Below, one piece after another: positions 18,186 through 30,291 of a stretch of DNA of 64,000 nt. A program made the translations under genes and the position numbers. Source of the stretch: the human T2T-CHM13v2.0 reference genome, Homo sapiens; assembly GCF_009914755.1 (NCBI RefSeq), contig NC_060934.1. One strand, given 5' to 3'. Under the pieces are notes generated by a model that saw only the letters and a list, made by a program, of their open reading frames with translations, did not search any database and was not told the DNA's origin. The number at the start of each line of letters is the position of its first letter. Position 1 is the first letter of the stretch.

Positions 18186-18360
18186 CTTTTTTTTTCTCCT
18201 AAAAAAAAAGAAAAGAAATACGTGTGCAGAACGTGCAGGTTTGTTGCACAGGTATACGTGTGCCGTGGTGGTTTGCTGCACCTATTAACCCATCTTCTAA
18301 GCTCCCTCCCCTCACCCCCCACCCCCCAACACACCCTGGTGTTTGTTGTTCCCCTCACTG
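18186..18360 (-). mobile_element. L1PA8-like extreme 3' end
   Basis: Antisense GCAGAACGTGCAGGTTTGTT...CCCCTCACCCCC; flanked by ACAGCGTGTTCT / ACAGTGTGTTCT. Confidence 0.85.
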
Positions 18361-18364
18361 TAGA

Positions 18365-18565
18365 ACAGTGTGTTCTAATGGTTAAGAGTGTGAATTCTGG
18401 GGTCAGACTGTCTGCCTGGCTATGAATTCCAGTTGTGTGATACTGGGCAAATCACTTGTCTTCTCTGTACCTTAACTTCCCTATCTATAAAATAGGGATA
18501 ATAATATTGACCTCTTAAGATTGTCTTGTGGAATAAATGAACAAGTATGTATAAAGCACTTAGAA
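18365..18565 (+). mobile_element. MIR
   Basis: ATGGTTAAGAG...TGTGTGATACTGGGCAAATCACTT...CTATCTATAAAATAGGGATAATAAT core. Confidence 0.85.
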
Positions 18566-18759
18566 GCCCTAGTTCATGATTGGGAAAATGTTTAAGTGTT
18601 GAATCAGTTTATGTCAACTATTTTCAGCTTATAATCTGGAGCTCTAAATTGTTTTAGGGTCTATGAGTAAAGAAAATGAGAGAACCATGTGCTTAGTAGC
18701 TATTTTAAGTGTCTGTGGTAGATATTACTGCTGCTCACAGAAGGCTTGTACTTCTCTAC

Positions 18760-19275
18760 TGTATTAGTCAGGGTTCTCTAGAGGGATAGAACAAATAGGA
18801 TAGATGTATATATAAAGAGAACTTTATTAAGGAGTATTGATTCACACGATCACAAGGAGGTCCCACAATAGGCCGTCTGCAAGCTGAGGAGCAAGGAAGC
18901 CAGTCTGAGTCCCAAAACCTCAAAAGTAGGGAAGCCAACAGTGCAGCCTTTAGTGTGTGGTTGAAGGTCCAAGAGACCCAAAGCTGAAGAACTTGGAGTC
19001 CTATGTTCAAGGGCAGGAAGCATCCAGCACGGGAGAAAGATGGAGGACAGAAGACTCAGTGAGTCTAGTCTTTCCACCTTCCTCTTCCTGCTTTTATCCT
19101 AGCCACACTGGCAGCTGATTAGATGGTGCCCACTCAGATTGAGGGTGGGTCTGCCTCTCCCAGTCCACTGACTCAAATGTTAATCTCCTTTGGCAATACC
19201 CTCACAGACACACCTAGGAACCATACTTTGCATCCTCCAATCCAATCAAGTTGATACTCAATATTAACCATCACA
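18760..19275 (-). mobile_element. MLT2A2-like solo LTR (ERV-L), nested in an older MLT1-like fragment (~18713-19340)
   Basis: TG...CA termini (TGTATTAGTCAGGGTTCTC ... TTAACCATCACA); perfect 5-bp TSD TCTAC at 18755-18759 and 19276-19280. Confidence 0.93.
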
Positions 19276-20029
19276 TCTACTCACTTAAAGTTAACCATAG
19301 ACATGACTTTTTTACCCAATAATATATGAACAGAAGTGGAAAGTGTGAGGGTGTGTCTTTCCAATCTCAGATATTTCTTTAGTAACATTCAGGGCAATGA
19401 TAGGTATTCACCAAATTATGGGAAAATCCTGATGATCACTAACCTTTGATGTTATAATGGAAATATGTTTTACACCCATTAATAGTCTTAAGAGATGATT
19501 TATTTATCTAAGATACAATATTCTTAAGAGATTGAAGGTACGTGATTCCCCTTGGGTGGTCACTCATATACAAGGAGAAAATTCAGAATTCCTGATCTCG
19601 AATTACCATTTTTTACTCTACTTTATTGAATATGGTGGTCCAAAGGTTGTTTCATATGTCCCATCTTGTCTTTATTTTTGTTCTCTTTTAATATGCACTA
19701 GCTCACAGCTAGGTCTTTTGAAAAAAATAATAATAATAACAACTAAACCTTCAGTTGAAGAAACAAGGTATAGATTTTAAGCAAAAATTATGAGCCCAAA
19801 AAGTCATCTATAGACTTTTTTCTGTCTCCAATAGCCATAACATGATTTGTAAAGGTTTGTAAGTTCTACAGACATTTACAAGGTGTGTGTTCTAGGCACA
19901 TCTAAAATGGACTGTGCCTGGTGCTAACCACGTTATTTATGTATCTCCTTCCATATACTCAGTAGTAACTTTAATCTCAGAGCATATTTACAAAATGACA
20001 CCGAGACTGATAAAAATGACATCAATTGA

Positions 20030-20200
20030 ACTTCTAATATATGCTACACATTCTTCCAAGCATTTTACATGTTATTTCATTTAATTCTATAAACCTATTA
20101 GAAGTAGTGATAACCAAATTTTCATGAGGAAATTAAAGTTCAGAGAAGTATTTACCCCAAATTCCACATCTAGAGACTGGAATTTGACCCATTCTGTTCC
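20030..20200 (-). mobile_element. MIR fragment
   Basis: TTTCATTTAATTCT...ATGAGGAAATTAAAGTTCAGAGAAGT core. Confidence 0.6.
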
Positions 20201-20519
20201 ATATCTCTGCTCTTTCTACATTATTACACTCCTCTGCATTTTAAAGGGATTTTTATTTTTAGTCATTTTCTTATATTTCTTCCCCTTCCCGATCAGGCAA
20301 GAACCTTTGGATTAATATATTATTCATCAATAGATAACTAATGCAAATGCTTACCAAATTACATGCTGGACAACTGGAACTTTCCCATTTCTGTCTCTGG
20401 CAATTGATTTAACCAATATTTTTGAAGCTTTATATACACAGCATTAGATATTGTCTTCGCTATCAAAGGGCTTCTTACCTAACGGAAGACGGTTGGTAAA
20501 AATTTTTAATTGGACTTTT

Positions 20520-22050
20520 TCAAAATTAAACCCAAAGTAAGCCAAAGAGTGGAAATAAGTCAGATAATAGCAGATACATGAAATTTAAAATAATAAACAA
20601 TAATCGAAAGTTGATTCTGCACAAAAGTTGATTCTGCAAAGATTAATAGAATTGATGGGCTTTTAAAATGCTCAGGGGAGAGAAACAGAAAATGAGAACA
20701 AAAATTAGCAATATCAGAAATGAAAAAGGGACATCACTACATATCCCAGAGATAAAAATAAGATCATAGAAAATGTTCTGAACAATAGCATTAAAATGTT
20801 TAATCATAAATTTAACAATATATCAATGGCGGTGCAAGACTTCCACAGTAAAAACTATATAACATTTTTAATAAAAATTAAAGGAGACTTAAATAAATGG
20901 TAATATATTCCATGTTCATGGATTAGAAGACATAATTACCATTAAGATGTTAATTCTCCTGAAGTTGATATAGAGTTTCAACATCATCCCATACAAAATC
21001 CTAGCAGTTTTTTTTAGATATTGTCAAGCAAGTGCTAAAATGTATATGAAATTTATAAAAACCTAGGATAGCTAAAAACAATTCTGAAAAAGAACATCCA
21101 AGTTGAAGGAATTACATACACTTGATTGTAACACTTATGTTACAGTAATCAAGTCAATGTGATATTGACTTAAGGATAGAAAAAAATAGATCAAAACAAC
21201 AACAACAACAATCTGGAATCCAGAAGTTGACTCACTTATATATACAGCCAATTAAAGTTTTACAAAAATACAGCAGCAATTTAATAAGGAAAGAAAAGTC
21301 TTCTCAGCAAATGGTTCCAAGAAACCTAGATATCCATAAGAAAAATAATAAACTACCGTCCCTGCAAAACATCACACACAGAAAATAAAAGATCATAAAC
21401 TTAAACTCAAAAGCTATAATTATAATGCTTTTAAAAGAAAACATAGAATAATATCTCCATGAGTTGTAGCCAACAAAGATTTCTTAGGCCGTAGAAAACA
21501 TTAACCATAAAACATTTAAAAAAATGAGAAATTACTTCATTGAAATTAAAAACTTCTGTTCCTTAAATATCACTATTAGGAAAACGAACAGGCAAATCAC
21601 ACATTGGGGGAAAGTAGTCATAATAGATACATCTGAAAAATACATATATCCACCATATGTAAAGAACACCTACAATTCAATAACAAAAATGCAGCAAATT
21701 TTAAATATTGGGCAAAGGACTAAAAGAGACACTTCAAAAAGAAAGACAAATGAATGGCTAATAAACATATGATGAAGTGCTCAACATCATTAGTCATCAG
21801 GAAACTTCAAATTAAAACTTCCATGACATATCATTTCACACCAACTAAAATGGCTGAAATGAAAATGACTGGCATAGCAAAAGTTGATAAGGATGTGGCA
21901 AAATAAGAACTTTCATATGTGGCTGAGTATAAAATGGTTAATCTCTTTGGAAAAAGATTAGGTAGTTTCTTATAGAGTTAAATACACACTTACCCTATGA
22001 TGCAGCAATTCTACTCCTCGGGATTCATCACATAGAAATGAAATATATAT
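20520..22050 (+). mobile_element. Old L1M (MB/MC-like) ORF2 fragments
   Basis: Degenerate sense ORF2 motifs (CCATGTTCATGGATTAGAAGAC, TCAACATCATTAGTCATCAGGAAA, CCCTATGATGCAGCAATTCTACTC). Confidence 0.8.
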
Positions 22051-22769
22051 AACCTCAGCTCCCATAATGAAATGCATCATCAAAAACTGTTTGTATTAGT
22101 GAAATAGTCTTTGCTATGTCTGGCATTGAAACATGTTTTAAAACACTACTTTTTAAAATAAACTTTAACTTGAAATAAAAACTGTAAACAATTAATTTCC
22201 TGTCCATTGGAAGATTATTTCTGACAGAAAGAGTCATCAAATAAAAGTCTTAAGAGATTGAATTTTCCCAAGTAATATTCTGTGAGAAATATATAACATT
22301 TTGTTTAACATTATTTAATGTCTTCAATATACAGTTTATTGTATCAGAATTCAAATGATTTTTTTAAAATTAGCTTTCACTACCAACCATAATATAGTTG
22401 GGCAGATGAACACATAAATGTCTAAGGTAGACAATGATAAATGCTACAATGGAGCTAGAGCAAACTTGCCATGAGAATATAGCTATGGAGACAGATTTTT
22501 CCTTAGACAATATAGAATTTAAACTAAGCTTTAAGAGGCAGATATCATGGCAAAAATAAAAAGCAAATACTCAAACTTACTCCAAATTTGTCTTAATTTC
22601 TTAAAGCTTTGATCTCATTGTGTTAGCAAATGTTGAATGAATTCACATTTTTAAATTATTTTATTATTCACATTGATATTAAATTAGCAAATATTTAGTA
22701 AGTACCTAGTATGTCAGTTGTCAGAATTGACATATTATTTATCTAGTAAATTTTTGTATTTCATACACT

Positions 22770-23285
22770 TCTTGTCATTACCACTATGACATCCCCTAGT
22801 CCAAGACACTAATGACCTCTTGCCTTGACTGAATGACTTCCTAAGTGGCTTCACCTTCTTTACTTTCAGTCTCCTTGATGCATTTTCTTAACAGCAGATG
22901 ATCTTTTAAAAACCTAGTAGAAACATGTTATAAGGCCTTTGAGTTAGATAGTACTTGCTCCTTGAATATTCTTTCCCTGTCTGTATATGGGAGTATCTTT
23001 CTAATACTTCAAATTTTACTTAAAGTTCACTCCTTGTGTGAGTTCTTCTCCTGACAACTCTGTCTAAATAGGTCTTCCAACCCCCAAACACATCTTTATT
23101 TTAGCACCATTTCCATTTTTAATTTGTACTTAAGTATTGGTCTGTTTCTGTATTTTATGTCTCCCCAACAAAGCTGTCAGCTACCCAAGGGCAGGAATTT
23201 TACTTGTTCAGGTATGCGGTGTATATCTACCACCTAGAATGGAGGCAATGCATAGTAGACACTGAATAAATATATATTTAATGTT
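22770..23285 (+). mobile_element. L2 3' region
   Basis: Ends with the L2-type GCATAGTAGACACTGAATAAATA terminus. Confidence 0.65.
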
Positions 23286-23596
23286 GTATTGTGAGTAAAA
23301 CAAAAATGATCCCTGCTTTTATCTAGTGAGAAACGTAGATATTCACCTAATAATCACAGAAATAAATGGAAAATTAAAAACTGATAAGTGCTTGAAAGAG
23401 AGAGCATGATTTTAGGAGAATGTGTAACAAAAGGAAAAGATCCTCCTGGAGGAGTTAGGACAGACTTTCCCAAGGACAGTACAATTAAACTGACAACTAA
23501 AGAGTGAGTAAGAGTTACCCAGGAGTTGAGAGGTGAGATGTGTCGTTCAGTTAAGGAAAAAAGCTGGGTCGTGAGATCAAGCCTGATGGCTTAGAG

Positions 23597-23794
23597 AAAG
23601 GGTTCTTACTCAGAGACATCTGGCAAAATCTGGAAGTATTTTTAGTTGTCGTGATGGAAGAGGGTGTGCTACTGACATTTAGTGGGTAGAGGCTAGGGAC
23701 ACTGCTCAACATCCTACACAGAACAGGACAGCCCCTCGACAGCAAAGGGTGATCCAACCAAAATGTCAATAGTGCCAAGGTTGAGAAACCCTGG
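23597..23794 (+). mobile_element. MER20 (hAT-Charlie)
   Basis: GTGCTACTGACATTTAGTGGGTAGAGGC...AATGTCAATAGTGCCAAGGTTGAGAAACCCTG. Confidence 0.9.
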
Positions 23795-23799
23795 GTTAA

Positions 23800-24050
23800 A
23801 GTATTGCTTCTCAAACATTTTCCTTTCAATACAAAATATATTTTACAACATAATCCAGTAAACTAACACAAAACATAACAAGCATTTACATGAAGTATTT
23901 ACCCTTTTGTTTGTGATGTACCCTATTTTATTTTCCCTTCGCTTCCCTTCCCTTCTTTTCTCTTCTATTATTTTAACGCTGGTCTCGATTCACAGAATTT
24001 ATTTCATGTCTCATTATTAAGTCTCAATCTGTAGTTAGAAAAAATCACTG
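23800..24050 (-). mobile_element. hAT-Charlie MITE (MER112-like)
   Basis: Degenerate TIRs (TGCTTCTCAAAC ... GAAAAAATCACTG); appears to be the same family as 44855-45108. Confidence 0.55.
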
Positions 24051-24261
24051 TGCTGAAGTACCTAAAAAGAGGTGGCTGACTGGAGCTCAGAAATCAAGAT
24101 GGAAGGTTGAAAAGTGATGGAAATAGTGAGGCAGGTGGGAGATCTTTCACAGACCTAGAGGCCACGTTAAAGATTTTGGTCTTTATCTAAAGAGTAACAG
24201 AAAGACCCTGAAAGATTGTGAGCAAGGACTGGCATAATTAGATTTGTTTACAGTACACAGC

Positions 24262-24850
<589 letters not shown>

Positions 24851-25339
24851 TAGAAAGGCACACCTGACAGCCCATGTGTAGAGAATGAATTGGAGCAGAA
24901 TAAAGGTGAATGTGGTGAGACCAGTTAGGAAGAGATTGTCACGGCCCAGGCAAGACATGATGGTTACTTGTGGTGCGTGGTGATAATGTACATGGAGAGA
25001 CATGAGCGATGTTAAAGAAATATTTAAAAATAAAATTAACAGGTTCTAGTTATGATTTTTGATATTGAGTGGGGGTGAGGGTGGATGAATAAAATGGAAA
25101 TTATCTGGGAACCTGCGTATGTCTCCCTTTTTGCCCTTGCAAAATAAGTAGAGTCCACTCCTCTGTGTTCAGAACCCCTAAGGTCAGAGTTCAGTTAACT
25201 GTAAAAGGGCTAAAATCAGAGCTTTTTAAAAATGGTGCACACGATGTGTGATTCTACAATTAGTGAATGTGGATGACTGAGCTTGATTTTTTTTAAAAAA
25301 TTTATCCATTACTTGTTCTACAAAAATTTAACTTCTCAA

Positions 25340-25452
25340 CTGAAAGCTACATGAGGGTAGAGATTTGTTTGGTTACTGCAGTAGTCTCAGAGGCTAAAAT
25401 GATTCCTGGCACATAACATGTGCTTAATAAATATTTGTTGAATGAGTGAATC
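25340..25452 (+). mobile_element. L2 3' terminus
   Basis: CCTGGCACATA...AATAAATATTTGTTGAATGAGTGAAT. Confidence 0.8.
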
Positions 25453-25919
25453 TGCTTATTTAAGCCCTGGTATTCTTTTGGAACATTTTCAAATATTAAA
25501 TATTTTACAGACATCTGATCATAACAACTAACTGTAGCACAGGACTTGATGTATCATCGAGTTTAAATCCCTTATTTATCGGTTCTTAGTATTTATCAGG
25601 ATGACTGCATTAGTAGTCTTTCCTCATCATACTGCCCAAGCTTGTATATTTATGTCTGTGTTTATGTGTATGTGTGTGTATATCTTGGAGGTAAAAATCT
25701 ATCCATGTTCTACCCCTTTAAAGCCTCAAAAATCCCAAAGTATTACATTTCTTTAATTTATGACATGTCAAAATCAGATACTGTAACTGTGCCCCAGTGG
25801 TAAATAATTTGTTAACTAGCAAAATTTCTTGAGCTTCTTTCGCAGGACAGTGGAGAAGAAAACAGTTTGTTACAATCCCTTCTGTCTGCAACAAAGAAAG
25901 AAAAGAATGCTTCTCTTTT

Positions 25920-26520
25920 TGCCACCCACAATCCTCCGGCAGATATCCAAACTCTCTTAAAAACCCTCCTTACTTCAGAAGAACATAGAATTTTCCTTTA
26001 AAAGAGCCTGTATCAAGGCGGTTAAGATATATGAAGAAGCCCCTAATAACTTGCTAAGGGCTGCACTGACTTGACCATCCCTACACAAACCCTTGATGGA
26101 ATCCTTGCGACATGGAACATAGAAATAAGTTTGAACATTACAGAGATTGCATACTTAAAGGGCTAAAGAAAGGAGTTTTGAAACAAAGCAGTTTAAATTA
26201 CACCCAGTAGGTCAAACAAAAGCCTAACAAAGACCCCTCAGAATACTTAGAATTTTGGGGGCTTACTGACAATACACAGAAATAGATCTGGAAGCACTGA
26301 AAAATCTAAAAATGAGAAATATGACCTTTACTGGGCAAGCTGCCCCCAACATTCAGAATAAATTACAAATAGTGGAAGGGGCTTTAGGAATGACCATGTC
26401 TCAGTGGTTTCAGATTGCTTTCAAGGTTTTTGGTGGCTGAGATGAGGTCCAAGAAAATAATGAGCAGTGCAAAATGAAACACCAGGCCACCTTGCTGGTT
26501 GAAGCCCTGAGCAAGGAACT
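25920..26520 (+). pseudogene. ERV gag (capsid p30/MHR region) remnant
   Basis: Translates with disruptions to HNPPADIQTLLKTLLTSEEHRI ... KQKPNKDPSEYLE ... TFTGQAAPNIQNKLQIVEGALGM. Confidence 0.8.
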
Positions 26521-26529
26521 ATTGGGAGG

Positions 26530-28225
26530 AAGCATATCAGCTACTTCATCTGATGCTCCACTCGGTATTTATAGATGGAGTTGGACAGGTCCCATTTTCA
26601 GGGTAAACAGACCTTACAGTGGCTTGTGGGCAGGTGGGCTGTTTCTTCAGGAATAACCTCCTGTGTTTCTAGTTCATATATACGTATCTGCAATTGTTCA
26701 ATAGTGACCTGTGGGTCCTGCATCAACCCAAACATGGTCTTCCACTCTGCAGCATTTAAAACCAAAGATACTGCCCCTAAATTAATTTATCTCATAATCC
26801 ATTTTAGTAAAAGTTCCTCAAGAAGCTGATAATGCTAATCTTCAAAATGAGACAGTGCTGTCACACAGGATACCCTCTGGTTTCAAGTTACTTGGTTTTG
26901 CCCTTCCGCTACATTAACTACCTTCTTGGTAATCACAGGTCTCAGAGGTACTTTCTGCTGTCCCCAAGGAACAGAACTTTCCCCTTTGTGGATGACTTTG
27001 TGGTTAGTGGCCTGAACCCAGACACATCCACATCTGAGCTTGGTCCAGCTCAAGGCCCAGCCTAGCATTCTCTTTTACTTCCATCTTAGCTATTATAGAT
27101 AACAATAACCAAGGTATTGAGTATTTCCCTTTTTTTTCTTATTAGTTTGCATTTCCTTGTGCAGCCAGTAAACCAACTCCGCAGGAGTTAATTTGACCCA
27201 TCTCTAAATTCCACTGATAACTTTTGCCTTTAGTAACTGGGTGCAGCACAGCTGCAGCTCCAATGCCATGGGTGACCATGTGGTCACTCAGGGAAGGAAA
27301 GGTTCCTTATTCCCCACATTTCCATCCTTTCTCTTCCCAAACCACATATTTCTGTGAGTAAGGGCCTTTCTAGAAAACCTTATTTATCTGACACCAATTG
27401 TTATTAAACCCTCAAGCCATGTTTTTCCTCTGTTCTAATACCAACAACAGCAATCAACTAACAAGACTCCTTTGACCCCCAGATAATGTGGGACTTTCTC
27501 CCCACCAGCAAGCAAGCAAGCAATTCTGCAGCAGACAAACAGCTGGGTTTCCTCCAATTCAATTTCAACACTATCTGTCTAGAGGGAGCATTAGACCCCA
27601 CACATTGAGATCTCAATCCCACAAGACTGCCCCCTCAACCCCAGACACCAGTTGCAATTCTGGACCTCTGGAAATTATGACCTACCAGCCTCAAGATTGG
27701 GGTCCCAAGATCCCCTCTTTAGGGTCAGTTAATTTGCAGGAGCTGCTCAAGCTGCTCACAGAGCTCAAGGAAACACTAACTTATGTTTACGAGTTTATTA
27801 TAAGGGATATTAGAAAGGAAGGATAAATACAGATAAAGAGGTGTGTAGGGTAGGGTATGGGGGAAGGGGTGCAGAGCTTCCATGCTCTCCCTGGGCATGC
27901 CACTCTCCAGGAGCCTCCACACATCCAGCTATCCACATGCTCCCTGAACCCTGTCCTCTTGGGTTTTTATGGAAGCTTCAGGATGCCAGCATTCCTTCCC
28001 CCAGGGTATGGAATGAGACCCTCTCTGGAATGAAGGTCTTATGACCAACAGTCAGAAAGCCAGGGGAAGATTAGAGTCCTGCCTCGGAGCAGGTGAGAGG
28101 TGGGCATGATAAAATGTCAGAGAGATTCTGTTTCCTGAGACCTGACACATTCAACATTGTAACAAAAGACTATAAGTAAGGCTATGGGAGTGGCGAGCAT
28201 GGAACTGTGGCTGAAAACCAACAGG

Positions 28226-28297
<72 letters not shown>

Positions 28298-28322
28298 TAG
28301 ATAGATAGATAGACAGATCACT
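26530..28322 (-). mobile_element. MER21-like LTR (27399-28322) plus 5' internal segment (26530-27398), antisense and 3'-deleted
   Basis: LTR text (CAATTCTGCAGCAGACAAACAGCTGGG...CCCACAAGACTGCCCC) resembles MER21. Just inside it, TCTGACACCA (27387-27396) reads TGGTGTCAGA on the minus strand, a tRNA-Leu-type PBS. Confidence 0.75.
28226..28316. repeat. Compound (GATA)n(GACA)n(GATA)n microsatellite
   Basis: Directly visible tetranucleotide run. Confidence 0.98.
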
Positions 28323-29409
28323 ACTCCCCTAGGGTTTTTTTGGGAATGGTAGGATTTTTCTGAATTTGGATTCCCAACTTTGAGTTCATGGCTAAGCCCC
28401 TTTAGGAAGCCATGAAAGATGAGGACAAGGAACCCCTAAAATGGACTGGAGAATGTCACAGAGTTTTCCAGGACATAAAAGAAAAATTGATGATTGCTCC
28501 TTCCCTAGGCCTTCCAGGTCTAAGAAAATCTTCTGACATTTTTGTCATGAAAGACAGCAAGTAAGCCCTGGGGTGTTAACTCAGAATTTAGGGCCCATAA
28601 GAAACCTGTGGCTTATTTTTCAGAACTAGATGTTGTCATACAAAGATGGCCAGTTTGACTTCAGGCAGTAGCAATCATTTGTGACTTGCTCTTCTTAGAG
28701 GCTGACAAGTTTACCACAGGACAGCCTACTACAATTCACACCCCACATTACACATTATCTCTTTTAGAGCAAAAAGGAGAACATTGGCTTATACCTGGGA
28801 GGCTAGAAAAATACCAAACATTACTGCTGGGCAACTCGAATGTGAAACTAAAAGTAGTCTCCCTCTTGAATCTCACCACCTTACTCCTGAGTAGCATGGA
28901 AGAAACTATTCATTATTGTATTCAAATTATCGGTCAAGTTTATTCTAGCCAGCTCAACTCAGTAAATCAACCCCTAAAAGATCCAAATCTGATTCACTGA
29001 TGGAAGTAGTTTCATGAATCGAGGGATATGGATGGCTGAAAATGCTGTAGTGACACTCATCAGGACATGTCCAGCTCAAACTAAATACACCCTCATCAAA
29101 AAGTAAGCCCATCTACTCCCCCAAGGACTTGGAAAGATTCAATCAATGGGGATTTAACTGGGGACTGATATGTTCTCAGGACACCACATAAAAGTATACT
29201 AAGGAAAGAGGGATATGCAATAGACAAGAAAAGGTACTGATTCCTCAGCACTTAATGGAAGAAGTAATTAGTCATGTCCACAAGAGCACTCACTATGGTA
29301 GGGATGCTACACTACAATGGATACAAAAATATATCATTGGACCCAACTTGTGGAGAACAATCCAAAAGGTAATACACCAATGTGTGATCTGTACAAAGAA
29401 TAAACCAAA

Positions 29410-29904
29410 TGTAACTGAACATCAGGTTACTTATTCACCACATGCAGAGTCCAATTAACAAGAGTGAGATCTGGTATGAAGAAAGTGGTTTATTCCAAAG
29501 CTAGCTTGGGGAAGAGGCACAGGCGTCCTGCCATACTGCTTCACTTTTGGGGCAGAAAGCAGGCACTTTTAAAAGGCAAGGAGGAAATAATCAAAGTGAG
29601 GGGTCCACGTAAGCTCTGGTGCCTTATCCAGTAGGCAGTCAAGCTGGTGACTGCTGGCACCTTCATGGACAGACTCTTATCTCTTGAGGCCACCTCCTGA
29701 TGGAGGGAGTTCCTTAGTGGGGATGCTTTGGTCTGTAAATTGATTATTAACTCTCCAGGAGACAGATGAACTTGCCCTGTGTGGGGGGTCTGATGAAGGA
29801 GAGGGTAAAAGGCTATATTTGCTTTTCTAAAGGGCTAAGTAGGAAGTAGGGAACAAGGGAAACAAATTAAATCATCTTTTAGAAAAATGGGTTACTCCAT
29901 AACA
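29410..29904 (-). mobile_element. MER66-like solo LTR inserted in the integrase
   Basis: TG...CA termini; near 4-bp TSD CAAA/TAAA; integrase reading resumes after it; minus start TGTTATGGAGTAACCCATTTTTCTAA resembles MER66. Confidence 0.75.
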
Positions 29905-29965
29905 TAAAGACTGGTCCATCTCAGTCATAAAAGGAGTTCAAGCCAGGAGGTTAAGACCAGGTGAG

Positions 29966-30291
29966 GGGTCAGGGGCCGAGGCTCAAGCCTATAATCCCAG
30001 CACTGTGGGTGGCTGAAGCAGGAGGATCTTTTGATCCCAGGAGTTCAATACCAGCCTGGGCAACATAGCAAGACCCCATCTCTAAAAATCAGGAAGCAGA
30101 AGCAGATGAAGAAGAGGAAGGGGAGGAGGAGGAGGAGAAGGAAGAGGAGAAGGAGGAGGAGGACAAGGAAGAAGAACAAGAAGAAGAAGGAGGAGGAGGA
30201 GAGGAAGGAGGAGGAAGAGAGGAAGTAGAGGAAGAAGAAGAAAAGGAGGAAGAAGGAAGAGAAGAGAGAAAAGTTTAAAAAAAAAAAAAAA
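29966..30291 (+). mobile_element. FLAM-type Alu monomer with expanded (GAG/GAA)-rich tail
   Basis: Single monomer ending CAAGACCCCATCTCTAAAAA, then ~200 bp purine repeat; TSD ACCAGGTGAGG / ACCAGTGAGG. Confidence 0.88.

Larger units (their letters stand above)
14113..19537 (+). pseudogene. Candidate decayed exons of an unidentified host gene (14113-14176, 16470-16595, 16685-16715, 17130-17204, 19383-19537)
   Basis: Non-repeat islands bounded by yAG and GT; junction phases are compatible for 3 of 4 joins; in-frame stops present; no homology recognised. Confidence 0.25.

Noticed and set aside
18768-19077. Similar ORFs at 18850 (-) and 56792 (+) suggesting a duplicated small gene
   Set aside because: Both are translations of MLT2A LTR copies.
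27387-27396. tRNA gene
   Set aside because: Only a 10-nt primer-binding-site match to a tRNA-Leu 3' end; likewise 56641-56655.
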